Below, piece by piece: positions 17,386 to 27,718 of a stretch of DNA of 64,000 nt. The stretch is taken from assembly GCA_041736175.1 (NCBI GenBank), contig JBGSUI010000014.1, positions 1 to 64,000 on the forward strand, read 5' to 3'. Positions within the stretch are counted from its first letter, which is position 1. Every line of letters starts with the position of its first letter. The stretch comes from Oligoflexales bacterium (GTDB lineage Bacteria > Bdellovibrionota_B > Oligoflexia > Oligoflexales > CAIYRB01). Both the position numbers and the translations under genes were made by a program. Below the pieces are notes generated by a model. The model was not told the DNA's origin. It was given only the letters and a program-made list of their open reading frames with translations, and did no database searches.

Positions 17386-18966
17386 TTAAAAGACATCTTT
17401 AACAGATGCAAAACCACCATTTAAACTGAATGCCTTCAGACCTTTTTGTCTAAGGGACTGGGCGATCAGGGCACTTTCAAGTCCGTGCTCACAGTAGAGC
17501 AAAAGGGATTTTTCCTGGTCCAGAGCCACCCCCCCAAACTCCAGGCGGTGGGCAGCAAGGTTGATGGCCTTAGGGAGATGGGCCTTTTGGTAGAGATCTT
17601 CGCTGCGCATATCGATCAGGATGTCATACCCCCTCCAGCTACTGACGCGAAGATCAAAATTATAGTGGCTGGTCCACATGGCTAACTCGTCGTCCGTCAG
17701 GGACTTAAGAACGACCGTTTTTGCCTGCTGCAGGGCCCGACCGAGGATTCCAAAATCAAAATCACCCTCCCCTGTGGCTGCCCGATGGGAGGCCACCTGG
17801 GTGGAGGGGCGGTCTTTAAAAATTTGGCATAACTCGGGAACTTTCACCGCGCCCTCATAGACTCCAATGGAGCGGCTCTGGGCGATGATATCGTCCTTTT
17901 CGGCCATGATCAGGGGACGCAAAACCATTGGACGGGGCCGACATCCTTTGCTCTCCTGTCCTAATAGCGACCTCTCCAGCTTAGACGGTTCGTCAAAAAC
18001 CATCTCCGTCGCATAGAGATTTTGCAGGGTTTGTGAGGACACTTGACCGATATTTTCCCCTGTAATCAAGGTCTGAATATCTAAACCATGGGCCACCTCT
18101 TGGGCGGCCCGGTAAAACATCCGCTTCAGGATGACTTGACCCAGGGAGGGCCGCACCGAGCGCCGCAACTCGCCGACCACCTCGCTAAAGTCGACGATTA
18201 CCAGCCGCGAGCGACTGCCCGTAGACCAACGGCGGCAAAAGTCTGCTAAGTTGGCCACCAGGAGACCCTCCGTCCCCGCACCGCCCATATTAAAGGTGAC
18301 AAAATCCAGCTCTAGCCCCCTTTTATGGGCCATCCAAGCCGCCACCATGGAGTCAAAGCCCCCGGATACCAGGGCGAGAGCTCTGCCACCGACACCAATC
18401 GGTAAGCCTCTAGGCCCAGAAGTCTCGGGTCCTAAGAGCATCGCCAGATCGCCACGCACCTCGACGGAAACCACCACCTCGGGATGGTTAAGGCTGACTT
18501 TAGTCCCCGTCTTGTCGTCCATAGCTCTCACTTTTTCCATAAGGGCTGCCCCTAGGGATCGCTCCAACCCTTCTGAGGTAAAGGGGTGGGTTCCCGTGCG
18601 GCGAACCCGTACCGCAAAGGTTTTCCCAACAATCATGGAGGTATATCGCTGGCAAACCGCGTTGCTAATCCCCTCCTCTACCGCAGGGACTTCGGCCAAA
18701 ATCTCTTGGACCCCGTGGACACCAAAAATTTGGCTAAGGACCACCGCTATGTTGGGATCTTCAGCCTCCACATAGATGCGGCTCCACCGCTTTTCGACCC
18801 GACAGGTCCCCTGGATGTCCTTTTGACTCAGGCGATTGTGAATATTCCGAAAGAGCCTCCCTAAAAACTGGGCCCGGACCTGGTCAGACTTGATGGTCAG
18901 ATCGGAGCTGAGGCGGATAAGAAATCTTTTGGCTAAGGATTGGGGGGGCTGGGGTATGGTGGTCAC
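17386..18966 (-). CDS. thiI: tRNA 4-thiouridine synthase ThiI with C-terminal rhodanese domain
   Basis: THUMP region, PP-loop SGGFDS, TGENIGQVSSQT, LRPL, rhodanese YCEHG. Confidence 0.93.
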   Translation of the reverse strand: MTTIPQPPQSLAKRFLIRLSSDLTIKSDQVRAQFLGRLFRNIHNRLSQKDIQGTCRVEKRWSRIYVEAEDPNIAVVLSQIFGVHGVQEILAEVPAVEEGISNAVCQRYTSMIVGKTFAVRVRRTGTHPFTSEGLERSLGAALMEKVRAMDDKTGTKVSLNHPEVVVSVEVRGDLAMLLGPETSGPRGLPIGVGGRALALVSGGFDSMVAAWMAHKRGLELDFVTFNMGGAGTEGLLVANLADFCRRWSTGSRSRLVIVDFSEVVGELRRSVRPSLGQVILKRMFYRAAQEVAHGLDIQTLITGENIGQVSSQTLQNLYATEMVFDEPSKLERSLLGQESKGCRPRPMVLRPLIMAEKDDIIAQSRSIGVYEGAVKVPELCQIFKDRPSTQVASHRAATGEGDFDFGILGRALQQAKTVVLKSLTDDELAMWTSHYNFDLRVSSWRGYDILIDMRSEDLYQKAHLPKAINLAAHRLEFGGVALDQEKSLLLYCEHGLESALIAQSLRQKGLKAFSLNGGFASVKDVF

Positions 18967-20333
18967 AAAAGCCGCCCCAAAAGCTTAACTCCCTGGCTAT
19001 CGGGAACCAGTCCCTTTAAAAAAACCTTCTGGCACCGCCCCACCGGGAGATCCTGTCCGCCGTCTGGGTGCAGGGACTGATCTCGGGAGGCCGCCACATG
19101 GAGATAGTTACCGGTCCGGCCCAGGGGGCGCCCCGCCTGATCCCGATCGGATTCCCAAAGAACATCCATGGACCGCCCGATAAAGCTCCGGGCATACTGG
19201 GTGCTCAGACGGTGGGAGAGGTCCCTCAGGGCCTTAGCCCGCTCGGAGACCACAGGGCCAGGGAGGTGACCGGGCATTTTAGAAGCAGCGGTGTTGGGGC
19301 GCTTGGAGTACGGAAAAACATGGAGGTAGCTTAAGCCCAAGCCCTCGATAAAATCGACGGTCTCTTGGAAGTGCTGGTCGGTTTCCCCAGGAAACCCTGG
19401 GATCACATCCGCACCAAGGGATACCTCTGGGAAAGCCTCGCGAATCCTCTCCACCGCGGCCCGGTAGCCCTCCTGGCGGTAAGAGCGGCGCATCGCTTTT
19501 AGGATGGGATCCGATCCTGACTGCAGGGGGAGATGGAAATGCTGGCAGATACGCTCGGGATATTCCTTGATAAGGGAAACCAGAGGCACACTCAGCTCCC
19601 CGGGCTCTAACGACGAGATCCGTAGTCTGCCCAGTCCTGGAATCTCAAGGATCTGGCGGAGCAGGGTCAGGATGGGCTCGGGGTGGCTCTCATCCGAAAA
19701 ATCCCGTCCATAATCTCCGATATGGATGCCTGTCAGAACGATTTCATAGGTCCCCAGATCGATAAGCCGGTTAACCTCACTTAAGATCTGGGTCGCGGGT
19801 ACGCTGCGGCTTTGGCCTCTCGCATAGGGGATCAGGCAGTAGGAACAAAATCCATTGCAGCCGTCTTGGATTTTCACAAAGGCCCTGGTCTGGACCGAAT
19901 CAGAATGGTCAAATAATGTCAGGGAGGACTTAAAGTGGGTCTGGCGGTTTTCCACCACAGGAGCGATCCCTTCGGGGAGTTTGGAGCTTGCGCCCAGCCC
20001 CGCCTCCACCATCTGGACTAGGGAGTCTTTGACCTGGTTAGGGATCACCATATCGATCTCTTCCATGGCAGCGAGCCGGGCCGAGTCCGTCTGGGCATAG
20101 CAGCCGGTAAAGACCAAAAGAGTCTTGGGGTTTTCACGTCTTAGCCTACGGGCTAGGTAGCGCGCCTCTCGATCTGCGGAGGCCGTGACACTGCAGGTGT
20201 TGACCACCGTGATATCAGGGAGATTTGGCTCCGTTTGCAGGTCGTAGCCCCGCTTTTTAAACTGGTTTTCGATAACATGGGCATCGAAGGTATTGACCTT
20301 ACATCCCATGGTCTTCACATAGACACTTGGCAT
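18963..20333 (-). CDS. mtaB: tRNA methylthiotransferase MtaB
   Basis: MGCKVN, NTCSVT, radical SAM CNGFCSYC, HVFPYSKRPNT. Confidence 0.93.
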   Translation of the reverse strand: MPSVYVKTMGCKVNTFDAHVIENQFKKRGYDLQTEPNLPDITVVNTCSVTASADREARYLARRLRRENPKTLLVFTGCYAQTDSARLAAMEEIDMVIPNQVKDSLVQMVEAGLGASSKLPEGIAPVVENRQTHFKSSLTLFDHSDSVQTRAFVKIQDGCNGFCSYCLIPYARGQSRSVPATQILSEVNRLIDLGTYEIVLTGIHIGDYGRDFSDESHPEPILTLLRQILEIPGLGRLRISSLEPGELSVPLVSLIKEYPERICQHFHLPLQSGSDPILKAMRRSYRQEGYRAAVERIREAFPEVSLGADVIPGFPGETDQHFQETVDFIEGLGLSYLHVFPYSKRPNTAASKMPGHLPGPVVSERAKALRDLSHRLSTQYARSFIGRSMDVLWESDRDQAGRPLGRTGNYLHVAASRDQSLHPDGGQDLPVGRCQKVFLKGLVPDSQGVKLLGRLL

Positions 20334-20585
20334 TGGGGAACTCTGTGGTGGTTTTAAGGCATCATCAATAGGCTACAAATTTCGGTCATCCTAAACTCTG
20401 TTGAGTTACCCTATTTTGCTCTCTTTGTACAACAGAAAAAACCACGTTTTTTGGTGCCTTAGGAGTCTGGGGCCACTTAAAATCCTAGCTCCTCCAAAAA
20501 GACCCTTGTAGGTCTATTAAAATTCGTACACATTAGGGAGTCATTCACCTTTATAAAAAGTTTTTTTCCTTAAAAGGAGACGTCG

Positions 20586-21599
20586 ATGCTGCGATGCCGC
20601 TACCAAAGTCGATTTAGTTTGCTCGGGACCTTTCTCGTGACGATGATCAGCTACCCTTCCTATGGACAGAACACAAGCTCCCCCAGCACCTTTGTGGGAG
20701 GAGGATGGAGCAATCCCACGACTGTCGGTTCGGTCGACAGCAAGTTGCTCCCCGAGGCAAGTGGAATCGCCGCATCCCAGTTGGTTTCAGGGCGCCTCTA
20801 CCACATCAATGATGCAGGAAATAGCCCGGCTTTCGTGGTCACCGATAGTGCGGGAGCTGATGCCAGGACCGTTGCCCTCGATGGGGTTGACACCATCGAT
20901 ACCGAAGAAATCGCCGTGGGGGCCTGCCCTCACCAAACGAAAGAGTCCTGTGTTTATATCGCCGATATTGGAGACAACGATTTTGCGAGATCTGATATCC
21001 AGCTCTATATCGTCAAAGAGCGCTCCCAATATGGTTCGCGGGTCACACCTGACTTTGTGGTCTCCTTGAGCTATCCAGATGGCCGCGCTCACAATGCCGA
21101 GAGCTTGGCGATCCATCCCGATGGTTGGATCTATCTCCTCACTAAAGAAATCCCTGCACAGCTTCACCGCATTGCGATCGACCGAATCGATGACCAAGGA
21201 GCCTCCCTTACATTAGACTTTTTAGGGACTCTGGACCTCAGGGAATGGCTCGATGGGACAGACAAACCGAGTAAGATTATCCCCACAGCCATGGCCATCC
21301 ACCCGAGCGGTGATCAGATCGTGATCCTGACGCGGGCTGCAGGGGTTTCCTTTAATATCGACCTGGCCAAAGACCTTCCGAACAGGTCCCGCATCAATCT
21401 CAACGAAGAGATCGAATCCATCGGCATCCAAGGGATCCAACTCCCCAAGACTAAGCTGCCACAGACAGAAGCCGTCACTTATATCGACAACGGATCGGCG
21501 ATCGTTATCTCCACAGAGGTCAAGGACGGTCTGCGCAAAAAGAAGCCCCGTCCATCATCCGGTGGAGTTCCCCTCGTAAGGATTGAATCTTTACCCTAA
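20586..21599 (+). CDS. Secreted beta-propeller-like protein
   Basis: Signal peptide; EASGIA, NDAGN, DTEEIAVG, IADIGDN, HNAESL, QTEAV repeats. Confidence 0.7.
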   Translation: MLRCRYQSRFSLLGTFLVTMISYPSYGQNTSSPSTFVGGGWSNPTTVGSVDSKLLPEASGIAASQLVSGRLYHINDAGNSPAFVVTDSAGADARTVALDGVDTIDTEEIAVGACPHQTKESCVYIADIGDNDFARSDIQLYIVKERSQYGSRVTPDFVVSLSYPDGRAHNAESLAIHPDGWIYLLTKEIPAQLHRIAIDRIDDQGASLTLDFLGTLDLREWLDGTDKPSKIIPTAMAIHPSGDQIVILTRAAGVSFNIDLAKDLPNRSRINLNEEIESIGIQGIQLPKTKLPQTEAVTYIDNGSAIVISTEVKDGLRKKKPRPSSGGVPLVRIESLP

Positions 21600-21681
21600 G
21601 GAGTTCTGGCAGAAAAATTTTTTTTTAGTGTATGATCATCCCTGGGTCTAGCCAGTGGTTTCAAAGGAAGGGGGGCGTTCG

Positions 21682-23673
21682 ATGCTTGCGGATTTGGGCT
21701 TCTATCTATTGTATCTGTGTTTCGTAACCTCCCTCTACACGGTTGTCGCCTCGGTTGCAGCTGCTTACACGCGGCACCGGCGGCTTTACCTGTCCGCAAA
21801 GATGGCGGCAACCATGTGTTCCTTGATGTGCCTGTCTGGGGCATTGATCCTGTGGTACCTGTTTTTCCAGAGGGACTACTCCGTAGCCTATATCTTTAAA
21901 AACTCCAGCAACGACCTCCCTGATATCTATACCCTGACAGCCTTTTGGTCATCCCTGGAGGGGTCCCACCTGCTTTGGACTCTTCTCCTGAGCACCTTCA
22001 CGCTGATCGCCACCTGGACCGCAAGCGATGACAACGAACACATTATGCCCTATGTCACAGCGAGCCTTCAGGGCGTTCTTAGCTGGATGTTTTATCTCTT
22101 AATCTCCCATTCCGATCCCTTTGTGCGGATGTTTCCGTCCCATGACAATGGCAACGGAATGAATGCACTCCTCCAAAACCCCTATATGGCGATCCATCCA
22201 CCGACCCTCTTTACAGGGTATACAGCTCTAGCCATCCCCGCCGCCTACAGTGTCGCTGCCCTTGGATTTGGAGATATCACCGAGGGATGGCTTAAAACCA
22301 CCCGGCGCTGGACCCTGTTTGCTTGGATCGCCTTGACGGCTGGGATCATCCTCGGGGGTCGATGGGCTTATGTGGAGCTTGGGTGGTCGGGATATTGGGC
22401 CTGGGATCCAGTGGAAAACTCCAGTTTTGTCCCCTGGCTTTTTGCCACCGCACTCCTCCATGCCCTTGTGGTCCAAGACAAACTCGGCCAGCTCAAACAC
22501 CTGACCTTGATCCTGGCTTTTTTGGGTTTCTTTTTTAGTTTCTTTGGGACCTTTATCACCCGCTCCGGGATTATAAGTTCGGTTCACTCTTTTGCCGAGT
22601 CACCCATTGGACCCAGCTACCTGATCTTTTTGGCGTCGATGCTCCTAGTGGTCGCTCTCCTCTACGCCTTTAGGGCCCATTCGATCCTCCCCGCCGAGGT
22701 GGGCAAAGTGTGGGGGGTTTCCAAAGAAAGCGCTCTGGTCATCACCCAGTTTCTACTCTTGACGATGGTTGTGATCGTCTGTGTGGGGACCCTTTACCCC
22801 ATCATCTCCGAAGCGATCACGGGAGAAAGGACCACTGTCCAGGCTCCCTACTTTAATGCCTACGCGCCGTGGATTGGCCTGGGAATCATCGTTGCCATCG
22901 CCATTGGCAATCTTATGCGTTACCAATCGTCAAAAATCCCCGAGGGACCAAAGATCATCATCACCTCTGCGCTCCTAGGCATCCCCTTGGCGGGGATCGG
23001 CTTTTACTATGGGGATGTTTTCGCCACCAAAAAGCCCTTTGCCCTCGGTGCTCAGTTGGTAGGGATCTATCTCAGCAGCGTCTCCTTTTGGTGTCTAACC
23101 TACGATCTCCTCTTAAGGCTGCGTGATATCAACTACAAGATCGGACTATTTTTAAGACGAAACCTAGCCTACTTTGGAGCCTATATCGCCCATGTGGGTA
23201 TGCTCGTTGGCATTGTGGGTTTTTTGGGGAACTACCGCGGCATCGATAAGGTTGCGACTCTAAACGCAGGGGATTCGACCAAGATCTACACCTACGACAT
23301 CACTTTTACTGGGATGGAAATCGTCCAGGTGGATAACGCCACCAACTACCAAGCCCTCCTCAAGGTGGTTCACAACGGAAAAACCTTTGACGTCAAACCA
23401 GCTCGCAGCAAATACCCCACAGCCTCCGATCTCCACCACGAAATCGGCCTCCTTTCGGGGCTCTGGCATGACCTCTACGTCACGCTGTCTGACTTTGACA
23501 AATCCTCTGGCAATCGGGTGACCTTAGAAATCCATATCAATCCTACGGTTAGATTTGTTTGGATAGCGACGGTCATTATGGTCTTTGGGGGGCTGATCTC
23601 TCTGTTTGACCGGTACCGGGGCAACCGCAGCCGTGACGCCATCCGTGCCGACCGTTTTTTGGAGGTTCCATGA
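21682..23673 (+). CDS. ccmF: Cytochrome c heme lyase CcmF/NrfE
   Basis: Polytopic membrane protein; LLQNP...IHPP, W.Y.ELGWSGYWAWDPVEN, RSG..SVHSF. Confidence 0.95.
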   Translation: MLADLGFYLLYLCFVTSLYTVVASVAAAYTRHRRLYLSAKMAATMCSLMCLSGALILWYLFFQRDYSVAYIFKNSSNDLPDIYTLTAFWSSLEGSHLLWTLLLSTFTLIATWTASDDNEHIMPYVTASLQGVLSWMFYLLISHSDPFVRMFPSHDNGNGMNALLQNPYMAIHPPTLFTGYTALAIPAAYSVAALGFGDITEGWLKTTRRWTLFAWIALTAGIILGGRWAYVELGWSGYWAWDPVENSSFVPWLFATALLHALVVQDKLGQLKHLTLILAFLGFFFSFFGTFITRSGIISSVHSFAESPIGPSYLIFLASMLLVVALLYAFRAHSILPAEVGKVWGVSKESALVITQFLLLTMVVIVCVGTLYPIISEAITGERTTVQAPYFNAYAPWIGLGIIVAIAIGNLMRYQSSKIPEGPKIIITSALLGIPLAGIGFYYGDVFATKKPFALGAQLVGIYLSSVSFWCLTYDLLLRLRDINYKIGLFLRRNLAYFGAYIAHVGMLVGIVGFLGNYRGIDKVATLNAGDSTKIYTYDITFTGMEIVQVDNATNYQALLKVVHNGKTFDVKPARSKYPTASDLHHEIGLLSGLWHDLYVTLSDFDKSSGNRVTLEIHINPTVRFVWIATVIMVFGGLISLFDRYRGNRSRDAIRADRFLEVP

Positions 23674-24266
23674 ACGCACTTTTCACCTTAGCCTTTCTCC
23701 TCGCTATGGTTTTTCAACCCAGCGGAGCACAGGGCCAAGACACGACCAAGCCAGCCAATCGAGATCTCCCTATCGAAAACGGCATCGACCCCGATAGCCG
23801 CAAACATAGCTGGCCTTCTGAGGGGCCCATCGGTGATCAGTTTCGCGAGGTGGCCAAAGAGCTGCGGTGCCCCACCTGCACGGGGCTCTCTATTTTAGAG
23901 TCTGATGCCCGTTTTTCGGTCCAGATCAAAGACCTGGTCAAAGAGCAGGTAGAGGCGGGTAAGGATAAACAGGAGATCCTAAAGTTTTTTACGGAACGCT
24001 ATGGTCCATGGATATTGAGGTCCCCACCCAAAACCGGTTTTAATGTCCTTGCATGGGCCCTGCCGATTGGCATGATGCTTGTCGGCCCGGTCTTAATCTG
24101 GTTTTTTGTGTGGCGCAAGCGTCGCGTGATCACCAGTCTTGGGGTGAGACCTATTGAGGAGATTGTTGACGAAATGAATACTCGTTTAGTGGAGCTGCGC
24201 AAACTGGTTTCTCAAGCTCCCCAAGCTTCTGATAAACCTTCGTCACCTCAGGGAGGCTCCCTATAA
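23670..24266 (+). CDS. ccmH: Cytochrome c biogenesis protein CcmH
   Basis: LRCPTC, ERYG..IL..P, followed by a TM segment. Confidence 0.92.
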   Translation: MNALFTLAFLLAMVFQPSGAQGQDTTKPANRDLPIENGIDPDSRKHSWPSEGPIGDQFREVAKELRCPTCTGLSILESDARFSVQIKDLVKEQVEAGKDKQEILKFFTERYGPWILRSPPKTGFNVLAWALPIGMMLVGPVLIWFFVWRKRRVITSLGVRPIEEIVDEMNTRLVELRKLVSQAPQASDKPSSPQGGSL

Positions 24267-24267
24267 G

Positions 24268-24567
24268 ATGCTTATAACCACCAGCGCTGTGATTTCCGTC
24301 TTGCTTTTGATTGTGATAATGGCCCCTTTTTTTATCGGCAAAGGGGGTATGCTCCAAGAATCCAGCTCGATCAACTCTACGGAGCGACTCGAAGCTCTTA
24401 AACAGGCTTTTCTCTCAAGGTACCTCCAGGACGAAGCCAGCTTTAAGCAGGGGGAGTTATCCCAAAGGGCTTGGGACAAGCGTCGCGAATATCTGACCCA
24501 CCGCTATGTGGATGTGGCGAGGAGACACGACTACCTCAGCCGGACTCACAAGGAGCCCCAGACATGA
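24268..24567 (+). CDS. Small membrane protein, CcmI N-terminus-like
   Basis: N-terminal TM and D...GELS...; lies in the ccm operon. Confidence 0.6.
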   Translation: MLITTSAVISVLLLIVIMAPFFIGKGGMLQESSSINSTERLEALKQAFLSRYLQDEASFKQGELSQRAWDKRREYLTHRYVDVARRHDYLSRTHKEPQT

Positions 24568-25346
24568 AGACCACTTCGACATCTTGGTTACGACTCTTTG
24601 TGTTCCTGGGATCCATCCCATTATGGGGTCTAGGAGTTTCAACTGGGGCTTTTTCGCAAGCCTTAGCCCCGGTGCTCCCACCCCCGGCCAGCACGACGAG
24701 CGGGGCGCAGCCAAGCACAACAGACATCCAACTCATGCCGCGGCAAATGATGGTGATTCGCGAAGGCTTGGACGCTGTCTATGGGCAGATTATGTTTGTG
24801 GTCCGCAACAATGCTGCAGTGCCTCTGCCCTTTAAGTTTCGGGTTTTGATGCCCAAAGAAACCTCTGATTTTTCGCCCCGCGAAGGTCTGGAGCCGGGAG
24901 ATGTGGTCCTCGCCGATGCTCCTTCCAGCCAGGAAGGATTCCGGGGTCTTGTGGTGGAAAAGGTGTTTCCCCCGGGTGTGCATATGATGACCATAGGGTA
25001 TAAAGTGGACGGTAGCTTTGGCTCGGCCACTTTGACCTTGAGTCATCCCGAGGGAGTCCAAGATCTTAACCTTTTAAGCCTTAAAGAGGGCCGGGTCTCA
25101 CTGGAGTCTTCTGGGCTTGTGAAAAACTCCAAACCTGAAGAAGCAGACCCCCTCTATGATGCTCTCCAACTCAAATCCCCCCTTGAACCAGGCCAGGTCC
25201 TGACAATCCAAGTCACCGGGATCCCAGAAGGCCGCACAAGACTTTGGTGGATGGGTGGTCTTTTGGGAGGAATTTTGTTAGCCTCTGCCTCGATTCTGAC
25301 CTTGAGGACACGACCACAGCGGACTGGTGGTTTGGCTAACACTTAG
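24564..25346 (+). CDS. Hypothetical periplasmic protein with C-terminal membrane anchor (ccm operon)
   Basis: AAGGAG RBS, ATGA overlap, signal peptide and C-terminal TM. Confidence 0.7.
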   Translation: MKTTSTSWLRLFVFLGSIPLWGLGVSTGAFSQALAPVLPPPASTTSGAQPSTTDIQLMPRQMMVIREGLDAVYGQIMFVVRNNAAVPLPFKFRVLMPKETSDFSPREGLEPGDVVLADAPSSQEGFRGLVVEKVFPPGVHMMTIGYKVDGSFGSATLTLSHPEGVQDLNLLSLKEGRVSLESSGLVKNSKPEEADPLYDALQLKSPLEPGQVLTIQVTGIPEGRTRLWWMGGLLGGILLASASILTLRTRPQRTGGLANT

Positions 25347-25357
25347 GAAAATCGAGA

Positions 25358-25705
25358 ATGATCCCTAAATTAAAAGAAAATATTTGGAGCTACGTGGCTC
25401 TAAGTATCTTGGCTCTTGCCCTTTTGTCGACCCGAGGGGGAATGGCAGCCTTGGGCCCCATGTTAAAATTCGTGATCCCTTTCGCCGTGGTCTTTTTGCT
25501 CTTCAAACTTGCCAAGAATAAGCTGACCGCTAAGTTTCAAGACGTCATCAAGGAACAGCTAGGCAACCGGGGCGTCGACCCACAGACCATAGCAGATCTT
25601 TTGAAGGCGAAGGGGCAGAAAAACCGGGACGACCAACGGGTCATCGACCTATGCCCCAAGTGTGGAGCCTACTTGGCCCCTGGACATCGCTGCAAAACAT
25701 CGTAA
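25358..25705 (+). CDS. Two-TM hypothetical protein with C-terminal CxxC..HxC motif
   Basis: CPKCGAYLAPGHRC. Confidence 0.7.
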   Translation: MIPKLKENIWSYVALSILALALLSTRGGMAALGPMLKFVIPFAVVFLLFKLAKNKLTAKFQDVIKEQLGNRGVDPQTIADLLKAKGQKNRDDQRVIDLCPKCGAYLAPGHRCKTS

Positions 25706-25746
25706 AAATAACTTAGACCGGGTTTATCCAAGGGGAGAGATGTGGG

Positions 25747-26706
25747 ATGGGAAAACGTATTTTGGTGACAGGTGGCGCTGGCTTTGTAGGTTCACATCTG
25801 TGTGATCGGCTTTTAGCGCGAGGTGATGATGTGATCTGCCTTGACAATCTTTTTACAGGTAGACTCACCAATATCTCCCACCTGATGGCTGGCAGCCTTA
25901 AGACCTCCCCTCATTTTGAGTTTGTACGCCATGATGTGGTGGAACCTTATTTTGCAGAGGTAGACGAAATCTACAACCTGGCGTCCCCAGCTTCACCGCC
26001 CCGCTACCAGCACAATAGCATCAAAACCCTCAAGACCAACTTTATCGGCATGATGAATATGCTGGGACTAGCCAAAAGAACGGGGGCCAAAATCTTCCAA
26101 GCCTCCACGTCCGAGGTCTACGGAGATCCCCTAGTCCATCCCCAGACTGAGTCCTACTGGGGGCATGTCAACCCGATCGGTCTGCGTTCCTGCTATGATG
26201 AAGGCAAGCGGGTCGCCGAGACCCTCTGCTTCGACTACCACCGCAATCATAACGTCGATATCAAGGTGGTGCGGATCTTTAATACTTACGGACCTCGCAT
26301 GGACCCCGATGACGGTCGAGTGGTTAGCAATTTTATCGTGCAAGCCCTTAAAGGCCAACCTTTGACGGTTTATGGAGACGGATCCCAAACCCGGGCTTTT
26401 TGTTTTGTAGATGACCTTGTCACCGGCTTTATTAAAATGATGGACGTGTCGCCAAAGGATTTTCCTGGGCCTGTCAATCTCGGCAACCCCGGCGAGTTTA
26501 CGATGCTTGAACTGGCAGAGTGGGTCAAAAAACTAACAGGTTCCCAGTCACCGATCATCCATAAGCCGCTCCCATCCGATGATCCTAAGCAACGACGACC
26601 TGATATCTCCAAAGCCAGGTCCCTTTTAGGCTGGGAGCCGCAAGTAGCCCTTGGAGATGGGTTAAAACAAACCATCGAATACTTTGCGACCCAAATCCGG
26701 GCCTAA
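25747..26706 (+). CDS. UDP-glucuronate decarboxylase (extended SDR)
   Basis: [44 protein letters not shown]. Confidence 0.95.
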   Translation: MGKRILVTGGAGFVGSHLCDRLLARGDDVICLDNLFTGRLTNISHLMAGSLKTSPHFEFVRHDVVEPYFAEVDEIYNLASPASPPRYQHNSIKTLKTNFIGMMNMLGLAKRTGAKIFQASTSEVYGDPLVHPQTESYWGHVNPIGLRSCYDEGKRVAETLCFDYHRNHNVDIKVVRIFNTYGPRMDPDDGRVVSNFIVQALKGQPLTVYGDGSQTRAFCFVDDLVTGFIKMMDVSPKDFPGPVNLGNPGEFTMLELAEWVKKLTGSQSPIIHKPLPSDDPKQRRPDISKARSLLGWEPQVALGDGLKQTIEYFATQIRA

Positions 26707-26906
26707 AAATCCAGCTCTCCTAAAAAAATCGTCACATCGCTGAAATCCCACGCTTTTATTCCTGGTATCAAACCCTCTGGAATAACAGCCGATTTCCTGG
26801 TGACTCATGGAATCCCCCAAGACTCCGAACGGTGCTTTAAGATTTGATTGGCCCCAAAAAAGCATGGCGTCAACAACCCTAAAGTTCGCGAGTGAGAGGA
26901 TTTAAA

Positions 26907-27710
26907 ATGTCTAAGAAATCCACCATGGTCTCTATAAAATACTGCGTAGCTGTTTTCGGCCTGCTAAGCCTTCAGGGCTGTTTTGTGGGCGAAATTGTAT
27001 GCCGGGGCCTAGGCCATGCTCGTGAGTCGATGGGTTGTCGAACATCAAACGGCGACAGCCTGACAGAGGACGAAGGCCTTATCATAGGCGGACCCGGAGG
27101 AGGAACTTCGCCCAAGTCAAACCAAACGGGGTTTGTGGGCCAAGGGTTTGGCCTGGTGCGGATGATGCCCGAACAGCTTTCGCAAAACATCAAAACCCTG
27201 GGTTTTTTTGACGGCCATGAAGTGCCTAACACCTACACCGGTGACAAGCTTGACCTGCTAACCTTGATCTATGGGGTCCCACTGGGGGGCCTTGATTTTG
27301 AGACCAGCTCCCGACGAGACCCCCTCACTAAAGCCCAGACCGTTCTGGTGTCGAGGACCGTCTCTTATTCGTTTGCCTTGCAGATTTTTTACAAGGACTT
27401 CCAAAGACCTGCGGGGGAGAGGTTGATCTTTACCTCCTGCGATATCAACCAAGACCGTCCCTTCGGGCTGACTGGAGACGCCGATCTGGCCGCTCCATGG
27501 CAAGAACACATCAAAAAAGGCGAGGTTCGCTGGCGGGCCCAGGTGGATGATCTTTTTTGGCGGTTTCTATCCCGGCCACCCACAGAGAACGAGATTGGAC
27601 CCATCAAAGATTTATTTTTTGCGGCACTGGAAGACCAAAAATGGACGGGAGCTGGCTGGGCGGGGCTGCTCTATGCCCTGTTGGCAAGCGAGGAGTTTTG
27701 GCATCTTTAG
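26907..27710 (+). CDS. Lipoprotein with DUF1553-like C-terminus
   Basis: Lipobox LQGC; C-terminal LFWRFLSRPPT..E...W..L.YALL.SEEF. Confidence 0.6.
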   Translation: MSKKSTMVSIKYCVAVFGLLSLQGCFVGEIVCRGLGHARESMGCRTSNGDSLTEDEGLIIGGPGGGTSPKSNQTGFVGQGFGLVRMMPEQLSQNIKTLGFFDGHEVPNTYTGDKLDLLTLIYGVPLGGLDFETSSRRDPLTKAQTVLVSRTVSYSFALQIFYKDFQRPAGERLIFTSCDINQDRPFGLTGDADLAAPWQEHIKKGEVRWRAQVDDLFWRFLSRPPTENEIGPIKDLFFAALEDQKWTGAGWAGLLYALLASEEFWHL

Positions 27711-27718
27711 CATAAGGA

